64,000 nucleotides of DNA, from positions 32,001 to 96,000 of IMG/VR virus record IMGVR_UViG_3300031972_002446. One strand, given 5' to 3'. The number at the start of each line of letters is the position of its first letter. Positions within the stretch are counted from its first letter, which is position 1. The notes beneath the pieces are model-generated. The model had not been told where the DNA came from, ran no database searches, and saw only the letters and a list, made by a program, of their open reading frames with translations. This DNA comes from a virus. The position numbers and the translations under genes are program-made. Below are positions 47,021-55,748 of this stretch, in pieces.

Positions 47021-47036
47021 TGCAAGTATCATGCCA
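47021..47036 (-). promoter_or_regulatory. Consensus sigma54 box
   Basis: TGGCAT-GATAC-TTGCA. Confidence 0.7.
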
Positions 47037-47229
47037 TTCGGATAAAATTTTTTTGCCTATACTTGTATACTTTTTAGATTGTCATTATGGCATAATTCAC
47101 ATTCTTGTAACATGATTTGTCATGTTATTGTGAATAGTACGTAAAACCCGTTAAATACGTGTCACATTATTGTGAACATGATTCATACGTACGTTACAGT
47201 CAGCATGGGGGGTTTTTTTGTTTTGTTAT

Positions 47230-47248
47230 GATAATGAGAATCAGTATC
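47230..47248. promoter_or_regulatory. Fur-box-like site
   Basis: GATAATGAGAATCAGTATC; 17/19 match to GATAATGATAATCATTATC. Confidence 0.65.
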
Positions 47249-47334
47249 AATAAGCCGGGGGTCATCCAAACATAATAAGGGCTATAAAATATAAAATGTA
47301 ATAGCTAAACCTTTCGCTTAGACCCTAAGTCCCT

Positions 47335-48840
47335 TTATACCTTTAGCATCTTTCTAAATTCCATTACTGACTTTGCCGTAAACACTTCAGATATCCCGTA
47401 CTCTTTTATACATACTTCTGCCAGTTCTTCATCTGAATATTCCTTATATAAATACTCGATCATTTTTTCTGCTTCTATTCCCAATAATGTTCGACCATCT
47501 TTTCTGCGTAAATTATTTTCTAAATGACTCTGTAATGCTTTTGGTTTATATAAACCCATATCATATCTCATAGATCGCACAACCCCCATTTTATATACTT
47601 TCCCACATTCTTTATTTATATATTCCGCTAGTTGTTCGTCTGACATCTTTTCATAATTACTCGCAATCACTTGATAAACACCACTATTCCTACCTTTATT
47701 TCTAATAGGTTTATTTATTCTTTTATCTCTTCTATCTTTCTGACCCTTCCAGACATACTTCTGTAATTTCGATTTAATATTACTAATATCTTTAGAACTA
47801 ATATCTAAATTATATTTTTCACTAAAAGCCTCTGCTATTTTTTTATTCTTTTTATTACCATACTTATCCTGACATTCCTGCAAAAATTCAGCCACACCTT
47901 CTTGATTCCACAAAGATAGTCTTTTCTTAATTGTTGTATTATTTTTTATTATATCAGGATACTTTTCTCTTAGGTTTAATTCTTTTTCCCATCTATATAC
48001 TCCAGTAGCCACACTTATTTCTCCATTAACTTCACAATTGCTTTTCCATCCATAAAACTTAGTAATTTCTGCCCCATCTCCTTTAAACTTCAACCAAATC
48101 TTTTCAAACTGTTCTGGAAAATCCCCTCTTTTATCAATACCATTCTGTCTATGACTACCAGGTTTTAAATGCTTAGGATTATAACAACGTTTATTATCGC
48201 ACATATGTCTAATTAATTCTGGATATTCTCCATACTCATCCCAATAAGCTAGTCTATGTAACAGAATACTTTTATTTTCCTTGCCTATATGTATTACCAA
48301 TTTACAATAACCATCACCACTAGCATTTGATTTAATCATAGGTTCTTTACAAGAAGTTCCATTATAAATTTTATCACTTTTTATCACATAGTTATTATAT
48401 GTTTTACTTTTTCTTGCTTTATCTAAAAACTTAGTTATATCTTCTGCATTGACAGCTCTCCAATTATTTAACAAACATTCTTCTTTCCACCTATACTGAT
48501 ATTCCGTTTCCTTCTGTAAAATTAAACTTTCGTCGCATCTTTCTAAGATTACATACTTCATCTCATACTCTGGGCTATCAAAACACTCTTGAACTTTCTT
48601 AGAATAATGCTTCTTATTTTCTAGATGAAACTTATGTGTTTTGCATCTTGAGACTATATTTGCACTACTACCAACATATATTTTGACGTCATCCTCAGAT
48701 TGTTTCTGAAATACCAAGCCGTAGGTTCCAGAAATTTTTTCCAAACTAATTAAATATAATTCTTCAAATTCCTCAATTTCTTTTTTGGTAATTGCGTATT
48801 TTAGTGTTAATTGTGTCATTATACCCCTTTTATTCTGCAA
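47335..48840 (-). CDS. GIY-YIG + HNH dual-domain homing endonuclease-like protein
   Basis: GTY...IYVGSS.NI..R..H..L (GIY-YIG); HRLAY...IRHMCDNKRCYNPKHL..G...N (HNH); C-terminal helical DEQLAE/DEELAE repeats. Confidence 0.8.
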   Translation of the reverse strand: MQNKRGIMTQLTLKYAITKKEIEEFEELYLISLEKISGTYGLVFQKQSEDDVKIYVGSSANIVSRCKTHKFHLENKKHYSKKVQECFDSPEYEMKYVILERCDESLILQKETEYQYRWKEECLLNNWRAVNAEDITKFLDKARKSKTYNNYVIKSDKIYNGTSCKEPMIKSNASGDGYCKLVIHIGKENKSILLHRLAYWDEYGEYPELIRHMCDNKRCYNPKHLKPGSHRQNGIDKRGDFPEQFEKIWLKFKGDGAEITKFYGWKSNCEVNGEISVATGVYRWEKELNLREKYPDIIKNNTTIKKRLSLWNQEGVAEFLQECQDKYGNKKNKKIAEAFSEKYNLDISSKDISNIKSKLQKYVWKGQKDRRDKRINKPIRNKGRNSGVYQVIASNYEKMSDEQLAEYINKECGKVYKMGVVRSMRYDMGLYKPKALQSHLENNLRRKDGRTLLGIEAEKMIEYLYKEYSDEELAEVCIKEYGISEVFTAKSVMEFRKMLKV

Positions 48841-49008
48841 AAATAAAAATATATCTTTATAGTATCTTTTGTAGTTTAATCACAAAGAATCGTAATGTAC
48901 TATAATATATAATATGGTGCGATTTAAAAGCTTGACATATAAGGCGTTATAGCTTATAATATTATTAACGAATCGTTTTTTATTACCTATAGGAAAAAAG
49001 GAAATAAT

Positions 49009-49611
49009 ATGAAATTAGAGAAAAAAATCGTTATCCAACCCCCTCCTTTTTCTACCAATGCTGGACAAGTCGTTAATCCTGATCCACTAGAATTCGAAGA
49101 ATTGGACTTAACTTTTCAAGATACTCCTAAAGCAAAAACTATACAAGTATTTATTAAAGATATTCCTAATCCGATTAATCTTTATTCGGCAAAAGCTTAT
49201 GATGACTTAGGAGATTGGACTAAAGCACAATTAGAAACTCGTCTTAAAGAAGCTTTAGGTCCTTATCCAGATGTCTTTTTAAGAAGTACTTTTCCTAGAA
49301 CTATGGAAGAAGATCCACATGGCCCAGGAACTCAATTATCTAAAATGATTAAAACTTTAGGTATTCACATGAGCGATAGTTGCTCTTGTCGTAGACATGC
49401 GTTAAAAATGAATGAGATGGGCGGAGATTGGTGTTTAGAAAATATTGATACTGTGGTTGGGTGGTTAGAAGAAGAAGCGAAGCGTAGAGGTCTACCTTTT
49501 GTGAAGATGGTAGGAAAGGTAATGGTAAACAGGGCTGTTAAGAAATCTAAGAAATTAATAGCCAATGAACCAGTACCAGAGAATGATGAGGATTTGGATA
49601 AGGAAGATTAG
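49009..49611 (+). CDS. Conserved hypothetical protein (GPGT.L...CSC...MN..G.DWC)
   Basis: 200 aa; AAGGA RBS; followed by a terminator. Confidence 0.75.
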   Translation: MKLEKKIVIQPPPFSTNAGQVVNPDPLEFEELDLTFQDTPKAKTIQVFIKDIPNPINLYSAKAYDDLGDWTKAQLETRLKEALGPYPDVFLRSTFPRTMEEDPHGPGTQLSKMIKTLGIHMSDSCSCRRHALKMNEMGGDWCLENIDTVVGWLEEEAKRRGLPFVKMVGKVMVNRAVKKSKKLIANEPVPENDEDLDKED

Positions 49612-49642
49612 TTTTTTAAATTATTGTTTCTTTCTCTAAGAG

Positions 49643-49672
49643 AAGAGGTTGCAGAAATGCAGCCTCTTTTTA
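49643..49672 (+). terminator. Rho-independent terminator
   Basis: AAGAGGTTGCA-gaaa-TGCAGCCTCTT-TTT. Confidence 0.85.
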
Positions 49673-49711
49673 TTTATATATTGGTGTATATAAAAAACAT
49701 ACGCATCTTAT

Positions 49712-50671
49712 ATGACATTGAACATCAAGGGTAAAAATATGGCTGAAGTAGTTTTAGGAACATTTAAGAATAATGACTTTGCTTGTGATGTATCTGATTG
49801 TGCTGTATCTGAGGGCAGTGCTGTCACAACCGTAACTAAGGTTACTTTTGATGATGATGTTCTTAAAGGCATATCTATAAAATCACCTCCAACATCAATA
49901 AAAAATTACGTTCGCAAATCATGGAGCCCTCTTGCATACGGTAGGACCGGGTCCGGTTGTACCCCCTACACAGCCGAACAATTCGCGCAAGTAGTTCAAA
50001 GCGAAGCAGCTGGTCTGACAGCTTGCTCAGGAAATTCAAATGCTACTTTTACAACCGGTACTTGTAGTTTAACAGTTTCAGGAAGTGTTACTGTTGTTTA
50101 TAGAGAACCTGGTAGCATCTTTGGAGGCAAAACCAATTGTGGTAATAGCGGTAGTATAACAAAGACTTTCAGTTATCATGCTCCATACTTGACTGGTCCT
50201 CAGTCAGTAACATTACAGAAAACATCTATGAATATGGAATTAGTAGACGGAGATGGTAATAGAACATCAACAGCTCAACCTATAGGACGAGACCTACCAA
50301 TGCCTCCTAATTGCTACGATGGAAGTACGCAATATGCATACAAGATGGAAGCTTGTCACGTTTGTGGAATTCCTTTCGGTAATGGGTCAGGACCAGGTTC
50401 TGCAACATTATGCAAAGGCACAGGTAACGAGCAAAATGTTTTTTCTGACACTGCTCATTCCACAGGTACTGCTATAGATAATGGTTATCCTACAGCAGGT
50501 CTTGCTGGAGCGGCTATGGCTGCTGTGGCAGGTCAAGCAGTAGCTGCTTTTGGTGCAGCCCGAGCAAATGCGATCAAAGCATATAAGGCTGCTTTAGCAG
50601 AAATGCCCGATCCTAATTGTGGTAGAATTTCTGTTGCGGTAAATTGCACTGCCTCAGTAGGTTGTTTTTAA
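49712..50671 (+). CDS. S/T/G/C-rich putative virion-associated protein (start probably 49739)
   Basis: Composition typical of structural proteins; GGTGTA motif at 49683. Confidence 0.6.
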   Translation: MTLNIKGKNMAEVVLGTFKNNDFACDVSDCAVSEGSAVTTVTKVTFDDDVLKGISIKSPPTSIKNYVRKSWSPLAYGRTGSGCTPYTAEQFAQVVQSEAAGLTACSGNSNATFTTGTCSLTVSGSVTVVYREPGSIFGGKTNCGNSGSITKTFSYHAPYLTGPQSVTLQKTSMNMELVDGDGNRTSTAQPIGRDLPMPPNCYDGSTQYAYKMEACHVCGIPFGNGSGPGSATLCKGTGNEQNVFSDTAHSTGTAIDNGYPTAGLAGAAMAAVAGQAVAAFGAARANAIKAYKAALAEMPDPNCGRISVAVNCTASVGCF

Positions 50672-51888
50672 TACTAATATTACTTTACAAAACAGAGAAA
50701 ATAAAAATTATGGCAATTTATCAACCTATCAATTTAAATGAAACTGCTACTAGATTATCTTTTAAAGGAGCAGATGATAGTACTTTTACTGTTTCCTCAG
50801 GCAAGGTTGTAGATAAAGGTATAAATTTATTAATTAAAAATCCAGGAAATGAAACTAAAACAGATATGTATTTTCAAGTACATGAAGATTCTATTTCTAT
50901 AGAAACAAGTGATGTGACGTATTCTGGTTCTAAAATATATGGATTAATAGAATCTAGTATAGATTATGAAGATGATCAACCCGCTATTATAGAATTTAAT
51001 ATTACTTCTCCTACTTATAGGCCAGAATTTTCTAGCGTTGTAGCATCAGGTTTATTTCAAGGAAATAATTCTTATTCATTAACGGAAGACTATCTTTATA
51101 GCGATACCAGAGATCTTCATTATATTGATAGTGATTCTATGAATTCTATTTTTCTTGATATTTCTTTAATGTCTACAATCAATAGTATCGATATTTATAG
51201 TGGTGGATCTGGTTACAAATTAGGTACTGTATTTACTTTATCAAATAATGATGCTAGAACTACCATAGGCGGTTTATCTGATGCTAGTATTACTGGTAAT
51301 TTAAGTTTGAATAGTGGTACTGTTAGTATTAGCGGAGGCGAGTCTTATCAAGTAGGCGAAACCTTTACCGTAACAGATAGTGTTTCTGGTAGCAGTGGTA
51401 TTATACAAATTACAGAAGTAGCTTATAATAGTAGAGCAATTACAAAAATAATATTAGTATCTTCAGATAATGGTTTTACTAACACACCATCTGTAACTTA
51501 TAATGGTTCTAATGGTTCGGGAGCGACAATCACAATTAATGATAATTATACATTAGGTAGCGTAACAGTTAATGATGGTGGAGAAGCATATCCTGGTGGT
51601 ATTAATAGGGTAAAATCAAGTTTAGCTAGTGTTGAATATGATCCAACTGTTCAAGCGATATTAGTATTAATTACTGAATCATATAGAGAATCTGGTGTTT
51701 CTATAAAAAATAATTTCATATTGGCAGATTGTAAGATTAAAGAAGCAGGTAATAATTTAAACAGTGAATCTGATTATAAGTTATTTGATAATAATAAACA
51801 ATATAATTTTAACGATTATATTACTATTAATGCGTATATAGATATTGATGATACTATACCTAATAATGATCCAGTTTTTTTCGTGTAA
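50644..51888 (+). CDS. Beta-rich virion/fibre-like protein with GGSGY repeats (start probably 50710)
   Basis: GGSGYKLG.VF, GGESYQVGETFTV and GFTNTPSVT..G.GATITI repeats; paralog of 53097-54494. Confidence 0.7.
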   Translation: MHCLSRLFLILILLYKTEKIKIMAIYQPINLNETATRLSFKGADDSTFTVSSGKVVDKGINLLIKNPGNETKTDMYFQVHEDSISIETSDVTYSGSKIYGLIESSIDYEDDQPAIIEFNITSPTYRPEFSSVVASGLFQGNNSYSLTEDYLYSDTRDLHYIDSDSMNSIFLDISLMSTINSIDIYSGGSGYKLGTVFTLSNNDARTTIGGLSDASITGNLSLNSGTVSISGGESYQVGETFTVTDSVSGSSGIIQITEVAYNSRAITKIILVSSDNGFTNTPSVTYNGSNGSGATITINDNYTLGSVTVNDGGEAYPGGINRVKSSLASVEYDPTVQAILVLITESYRESGVSIKNNFILADCKIKEAGNNLNSESDYKLFDNNKQYNFNDYITINAYIDIDDTIPNNDPVFFV

Positions 51889-51908
51889 ATTTATAGGAGA
51901 CTTACCAA

Positions 51909-52853
51909 ATGAGCCGTTGCTGTACTGATGATTGCACTTGCCCTGAAGCACCCAAAACAGGAGCCTGGAGCACTGCGCACGGTCCTGGTTGTTGTGGTTG
52001 TCTCTACGATCAGGAGGGTGCTAGTTGCACAGATGTTCATGGTAAAAAACTTCCTGAGAGACATCCAGATCCTGATAATTGCAGTTGCATATGTAAAGGC
52101 GCTTCAGATGAGATTTGTGCGGCAAATCCGGGAATTCATACAGAGTTTGATAGTTTGAATTGTAGATGTTGGTGTTCTTATCTTGATGAAGAAGATGATG
52201 GAACTATAACAGATACTTGCGCTGGAGATAGTGGTGGTAAAATGTTTATTGACAAGGGATGTGATTGTGTTTGCGAATCAAGTTTTCCTTGTCCAGATCC
52301 TAAAAAACCTAAATGGGTCGTAAATGGTAAATATGACTGTGAATGTAAGTGTGATATAGAGCCAGAAGAATGTGAAGGATTCACGCCTGATTTTAATGAA
52401 GAAGAGTGTAAATGTCAATGTGATTTAATAGAAGCAAATCCAGATGAGCCTTGCCAAGATCCTGCAGCACCTCATTTCAACCACGCGGGATGTGGATGTG
52501 AATGTTATACATATAAGGTGGAATGTGATGAACCAGCCAAACCAGATGTAAAAAAAGAAGATTGTTCGTGTTTTTGTAGCAAAGCTGAGACAGGCTATTG
52601 TGAAAGCATAGAAACTGGTACCGGAGCTCAAGCAGGAAATTATCATGTTTTAGATCCTGCTAATTGTAAATGTGTATGTAACGCTGAGTGCTCAGCTCCT
52701 CTTGTGAAAGGAGATGGATGTTATTGTCGCTGTCCCTCAGAAACTATTTCTCCTACGTGTGATAAAGCTACTGAGAAATTTGATCCAGATAGTTGTTCGT
52801 GTGTTCCAAAAGATTATGTTTTAAGTCTTTTGAGTGAAGAGTTAATTCCGTAG
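51909..52853 (+). CDS. CXCXC-repeat cysteine-rich protein
   Basis: About 11 units of C-x(9-12)-CxCxC; AGGAG RBS; no signal peptide. Confidence 0.85.
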   Translation: MSRCCTDDCTCPEAPKTGAWSTAHGPGCCGCLYDQEGASCTDVHGKKLPERHPDPDNCSCICKGASDEICAANPGIHTEFDSLNCRCWCSYLDEEDDGTITDTCAGDSGGKMFIDKGCDCVCESSFPCPDPKKPKWVVNGKYDCECKCDIEPEECEGFTPDFNEEECKCQCDLIEANPDEPCQDPAAPHFNHAGCGCECYTYKVECDEPAKPDVKKEDCSCFCSKAETGYCESIETGTGAQAGNYHVLDPANCKCVCNAECSAPLVKGDGCYCRCPSETISPTCDKATEKFDPDSCSCVPKDYVLSLLSEELIP

Positions 52854-52908
52854 CAATTGGTGTAATATAATAAAAGATACTACTTAATACGATAAAAAGA
52901 GGTTTTAT

Positions 52909-53100
52909 ATGAATATTAGTTATGGAAGTAAAATTAAATCTAGAATAGATAGAGATTTTAACGAAAGATCTATTACTAGGGGTACAGAACCTCAATTAAA
53001 AGACAAAACCAAAGTTGTATATCCTATACAACATCCTAGACCAAGATTCTTTTTGGGTCCATACAATCTTAAAGTTCAAACAGGGGGATCTGATATATGA
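52909..53100 (+). CDS. Small basic hypothetical protein
   Basis: GAGG RBS; GGTGTA at 52859; ATGA-coupled to the next gene. Confidence 0.6.
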   Translation: MNISYGSKIKSRIDRDFNERSITRGTEPQLKDKTKVVYPIQHPRPRFFLGPYNLKVQTGGSDI

Positions 53101-54494
53101 ATGACTCAAAAACTATGTATCAAATTTACAATGACGAATATTCATTAATATCTTATCCTTACGGAGTAGATAGTTCTTCTTTTGCTGTAGATGATACAAG
53201 AAAAGATATTACTTATGGTTTATATCTTAGAATTCCAATCGGAACTAGCGTAGCTACTCCGACTTTTAGAGAAGCGGAGTTGTTTACTGTATCTAAATTT
53301 AATGACGAAAGTATAGAATTTGTTACAGCTTCAGATAAATCTGGAAGTTTTTCTGCTTCTAGTGTTTATGTTGTTATTCCTTGTTATTCAAGAGTAGGTG
53401 GTAAAGGAAATACAATTATTGAATACGATATTGTTGCTGACACTCCCACTAATGCTTCAGGTGTAAATTTATTAAGCACAGAAAGTATTGATACAAGCAC
53501 CGATGGTATGAATACAGCTAATGTTTCTTCTGGGACCAAAGCAGAGCTAAGCGAAAGATTAGGATATAGTTATGATATAGTAAATGGTACTAATTTCAAC
53601 TCACGACCAAGAATTGCATCAGTATTAACAGCAGTTTCTGCTGAACCATCAGATGAAAACTATGTTAATCCTAGCTCGGGTTATAAAATAGGAACAACAT
53701 ACACAATATATCCGCTCGAAGGTTACTGGGATGATATAGACGCATCAAATATTGTTAAACCTACTATTACTGTTAATTATAATATATCATTAGACGCAGA
53801 AATGAAAACTACCAGTTTTACTATTACTGGTGGTTCTGGTTATCAAGCTGGTGATACATTTTCAGTGAGTAACGGAGGTTCTATAAAAGTGACATCTGTT
53901 GATAATCAAGGAGCTATTAGAGATATCGTTATGGTAACTCAAGGTTCTAGTTTTACCTCAGCGCCTACTGTTACTTACGATTCGCCTTCTAGAAGTGTTG
54001 TTGGTAGCGGAGCCACTGTTACTGTTAATAATAGTTATGCTGTAGATAGTGTTTCTTTAGATAGTTCTGATGGATTTCCTTTTACAGAAGGTGGTGTGGG
54101 TACTATCAGACCATTATCAGGTTATGATGCAGACTCAGATCTTATAGACTATACATTATATTATGAAACGGATAATCCAGGTGTTTATGCTGTTGAGAAT
54201 TTAGATAAGTTTTCTTTAGATTCTATCTACGTTATGAATAAGGGTGTTGGCTATGGTGCCGTTACTGATTATGATTTACATATTTATAAACCTAATTATG
54301 TTACTAGACTATATGAATATGTTGCAAACACTTTTGATATAACTTACGACTTAAAACTTAAGGCTGATTTACAGATGCTACCATCTTATGGAAGTAGTAC
54401 TCCAGATGCTAGTAGATTTTATAATCCTTCTGCGATAGTTGGTCCAACACCTAACAATCGTATATTCACACACACTATTAAGGAAGAGGAGTAA
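53097..54494 (+). CDS. Beta-rich virion/fibre-like protein with GGSGY repeats
   Basis: SGYKIG, GGSGYQAGDTFSV and GSSFTSAPTVT..GSGATVTVN; paralog of 50644-51888. Confidence 0.7.
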   Translation: MNDSKTMYQIYNDEYSLISYPYGVDSSSFAVDDTRKDITYGLYLRIPIGTSVATPTFREAELFTVSKFNDESIEFVTASDKSGSFSASSVYVVIPCYSRVGGKGNTIIEYDIVADTPTNASGVNLLSTESIDTSTDGMNTANVSSGTKAELSERLGYSYDIVNGTNFNSRPRIASVLTAVSAEPSDENYVNPSSGYKIGTTYTIYPLEGYWDDIDASNIVKPTITVNYNISLDAEMKTTSFTITGGSGYQAGDTFSVSNGGSIKVTSVDNQGAIRDIVMVTQGSSFTSAPTVTYDSPSRSVVGSGATVTVNNSYAVDSVSLDSSDGFPFTEGGVGTIRPLSGYDADSDLIDYTLYYETDNPGVYAVENLDKFSLDSIYVMNKGVGYGAVTDYDLHIYKPNYVTRLYEYVANTFDITYDLKLKADLQMLPSYGSSTPDASRFYNPSAIVGPTPNNRIFTHTIKEEE

Positions 54495-54499
54495 CTCTT

Positions 54500-55345
54500 A
54501 TGACAGTTCTTATATGTTGCGGAGGATGCAATTGTCCTTCAGATAAGCCTAATGTAATACCAGATGCTGTACAAGGACCATGTTGTAGATGTGATATTGA
54601 CGAAGGTATTGAAGAATGTCCTGCTAATGATCCTCATCCTGTTCATGGTAGATTACCAGGACCTGTAGGTGCTTGTGCGTGTGAGTGTGATCCCGGTAGA
54701 GCTGGTCAAATTGGTGAATACACACCTGAATTTGATGAAGATGGCGTTATGACAGCCAATACTTGGGAAGGAGAATGTCCTCCAAATGTTCCTGAATTTG
54801 ATACTGCTATTTGCGCATGTAAATGCACCAAGGATGCTGACACTTGTGCTCCTAAGACATTTATATCAGAAATCTGCGATTGTAAATGTACAAAAACCGA
54901 GGATGATTGCTCAGCCCCTAACCCAGAATTAGATCCAGACTCTTGCTCGTGCGGTCCATGTACGAACACTTGCGAAGATGCAGCCCTGCCAGATCGAGAT
55001 GATGATACATGTGAGTGTAAATGTGATAAAGACGATCCTGATGGTGGTAATTCTTGCCCAGAAGATACTCCGGATTTAAAAGCTGAAGATTGCAGTTGCT
55101 TCTGTGCTTTAGCTGAGCTTGAAACTCCTTGTGCTAAAGGTGAGAAGTTCTCCCCAGGTACTTGTTCTTGTGATCCTTGTCCTACACCATGCCCTGAAAA
55201 TCATGTCAGAGATGACGTAGGTTGTGGTTGTGCTTGTCCTCAGCCTAAAGCAATCTGTGCTTCAGATGAAACTTTTGATGATGAGACATGTAGTTGTGTT
55301 CCTAGCTATGCATCAGCTTTACTCGATGTAGACCTTCTACCTTAA
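54500..55345 (+). CDS. CXCXC-repeat cysteine-rich protein
   Basis: 42 Cys in 281 aa, in C-x(9-11)-CxCxC units; C-terminus CSCVP..LL..LLP shared with 51909-52853. Confidence 0.85.
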   Translation: MTVLICCGGCNCPSDKPNVIPDAVQGPCCRCDIDEGIEECPANDPHPVHGRLPGPVGACACECDPGRAGQIGEYTPEFDEDGVMTANTWEGECPPNVPEFDTAICACKCTKDADTCAPKTFISEICDCKCTKTEDDCSAPNPELDPDSCSCGPCTNTCEDAALPDRDDDTCECKCDKDDPDGGNSCPEDTPDLKAEDCSCFCALAELETPCAKGEKFSPGTCSCDPCPTPCPENHVRDDVGCGCACPQPKAICASDETFDDETCSCVPSYASALLDVDLLP

Positions 55346-55533
55346 TTAGAGGGTCTGCCTTTGGGTCTAGACAAACGATATTTACGCCTTTGCCTTCTAA
55401 TCATATCTGTAGATATATTATCTCCTGTGATTCTAGATAGTGTAACAGCAATAGAATTGTCGGTCATTTTAATATAATTATTTTTAATAAATTCCACATC
55501 TTCATCTCTCCATCTTCTATATAATCTATTCAT
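55342..55533 (-). CDS. Small HTH-like protein
   Basis: W..EDVEFIKNNY..MTD..IA..L...IRRQR; GRP AT-hook-like end. Confidence 0.65.
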   Translation of the reverse strand: MNRLYRRWRDEDVEFIKNNYIKMTDNSIAVTLSRITGDNISTDMIRRQRRKYRLSRPKGRPSN

Positions 55534-55748
55534 AAAGATATCTCGCTTTACTTTGGTGTAAGTATTAACTACAATACTATTATAGAGAGTTTTCTACGTT
55601 TAGCAAAGAAAGAATATTATGAAAAATCAGACTTATACAAATATTGCTGGATCTTCGGTTAAAGTTGTAGCATCTGAGGAATTGGAACTTAGCTTAGATA
55701 AGGATTTAAATGAGGAACAGGAAACAAAAAGTATTGAAGAATTACTGA

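Noticed and set aside
50644-55345. Diversity-generating retroelement or invertible tail-fibre switch
   Set aside because: Paralogs are diverged throughout and in the same orientation; no TR/VR pair, reverse transcriptase or invertase in the window.
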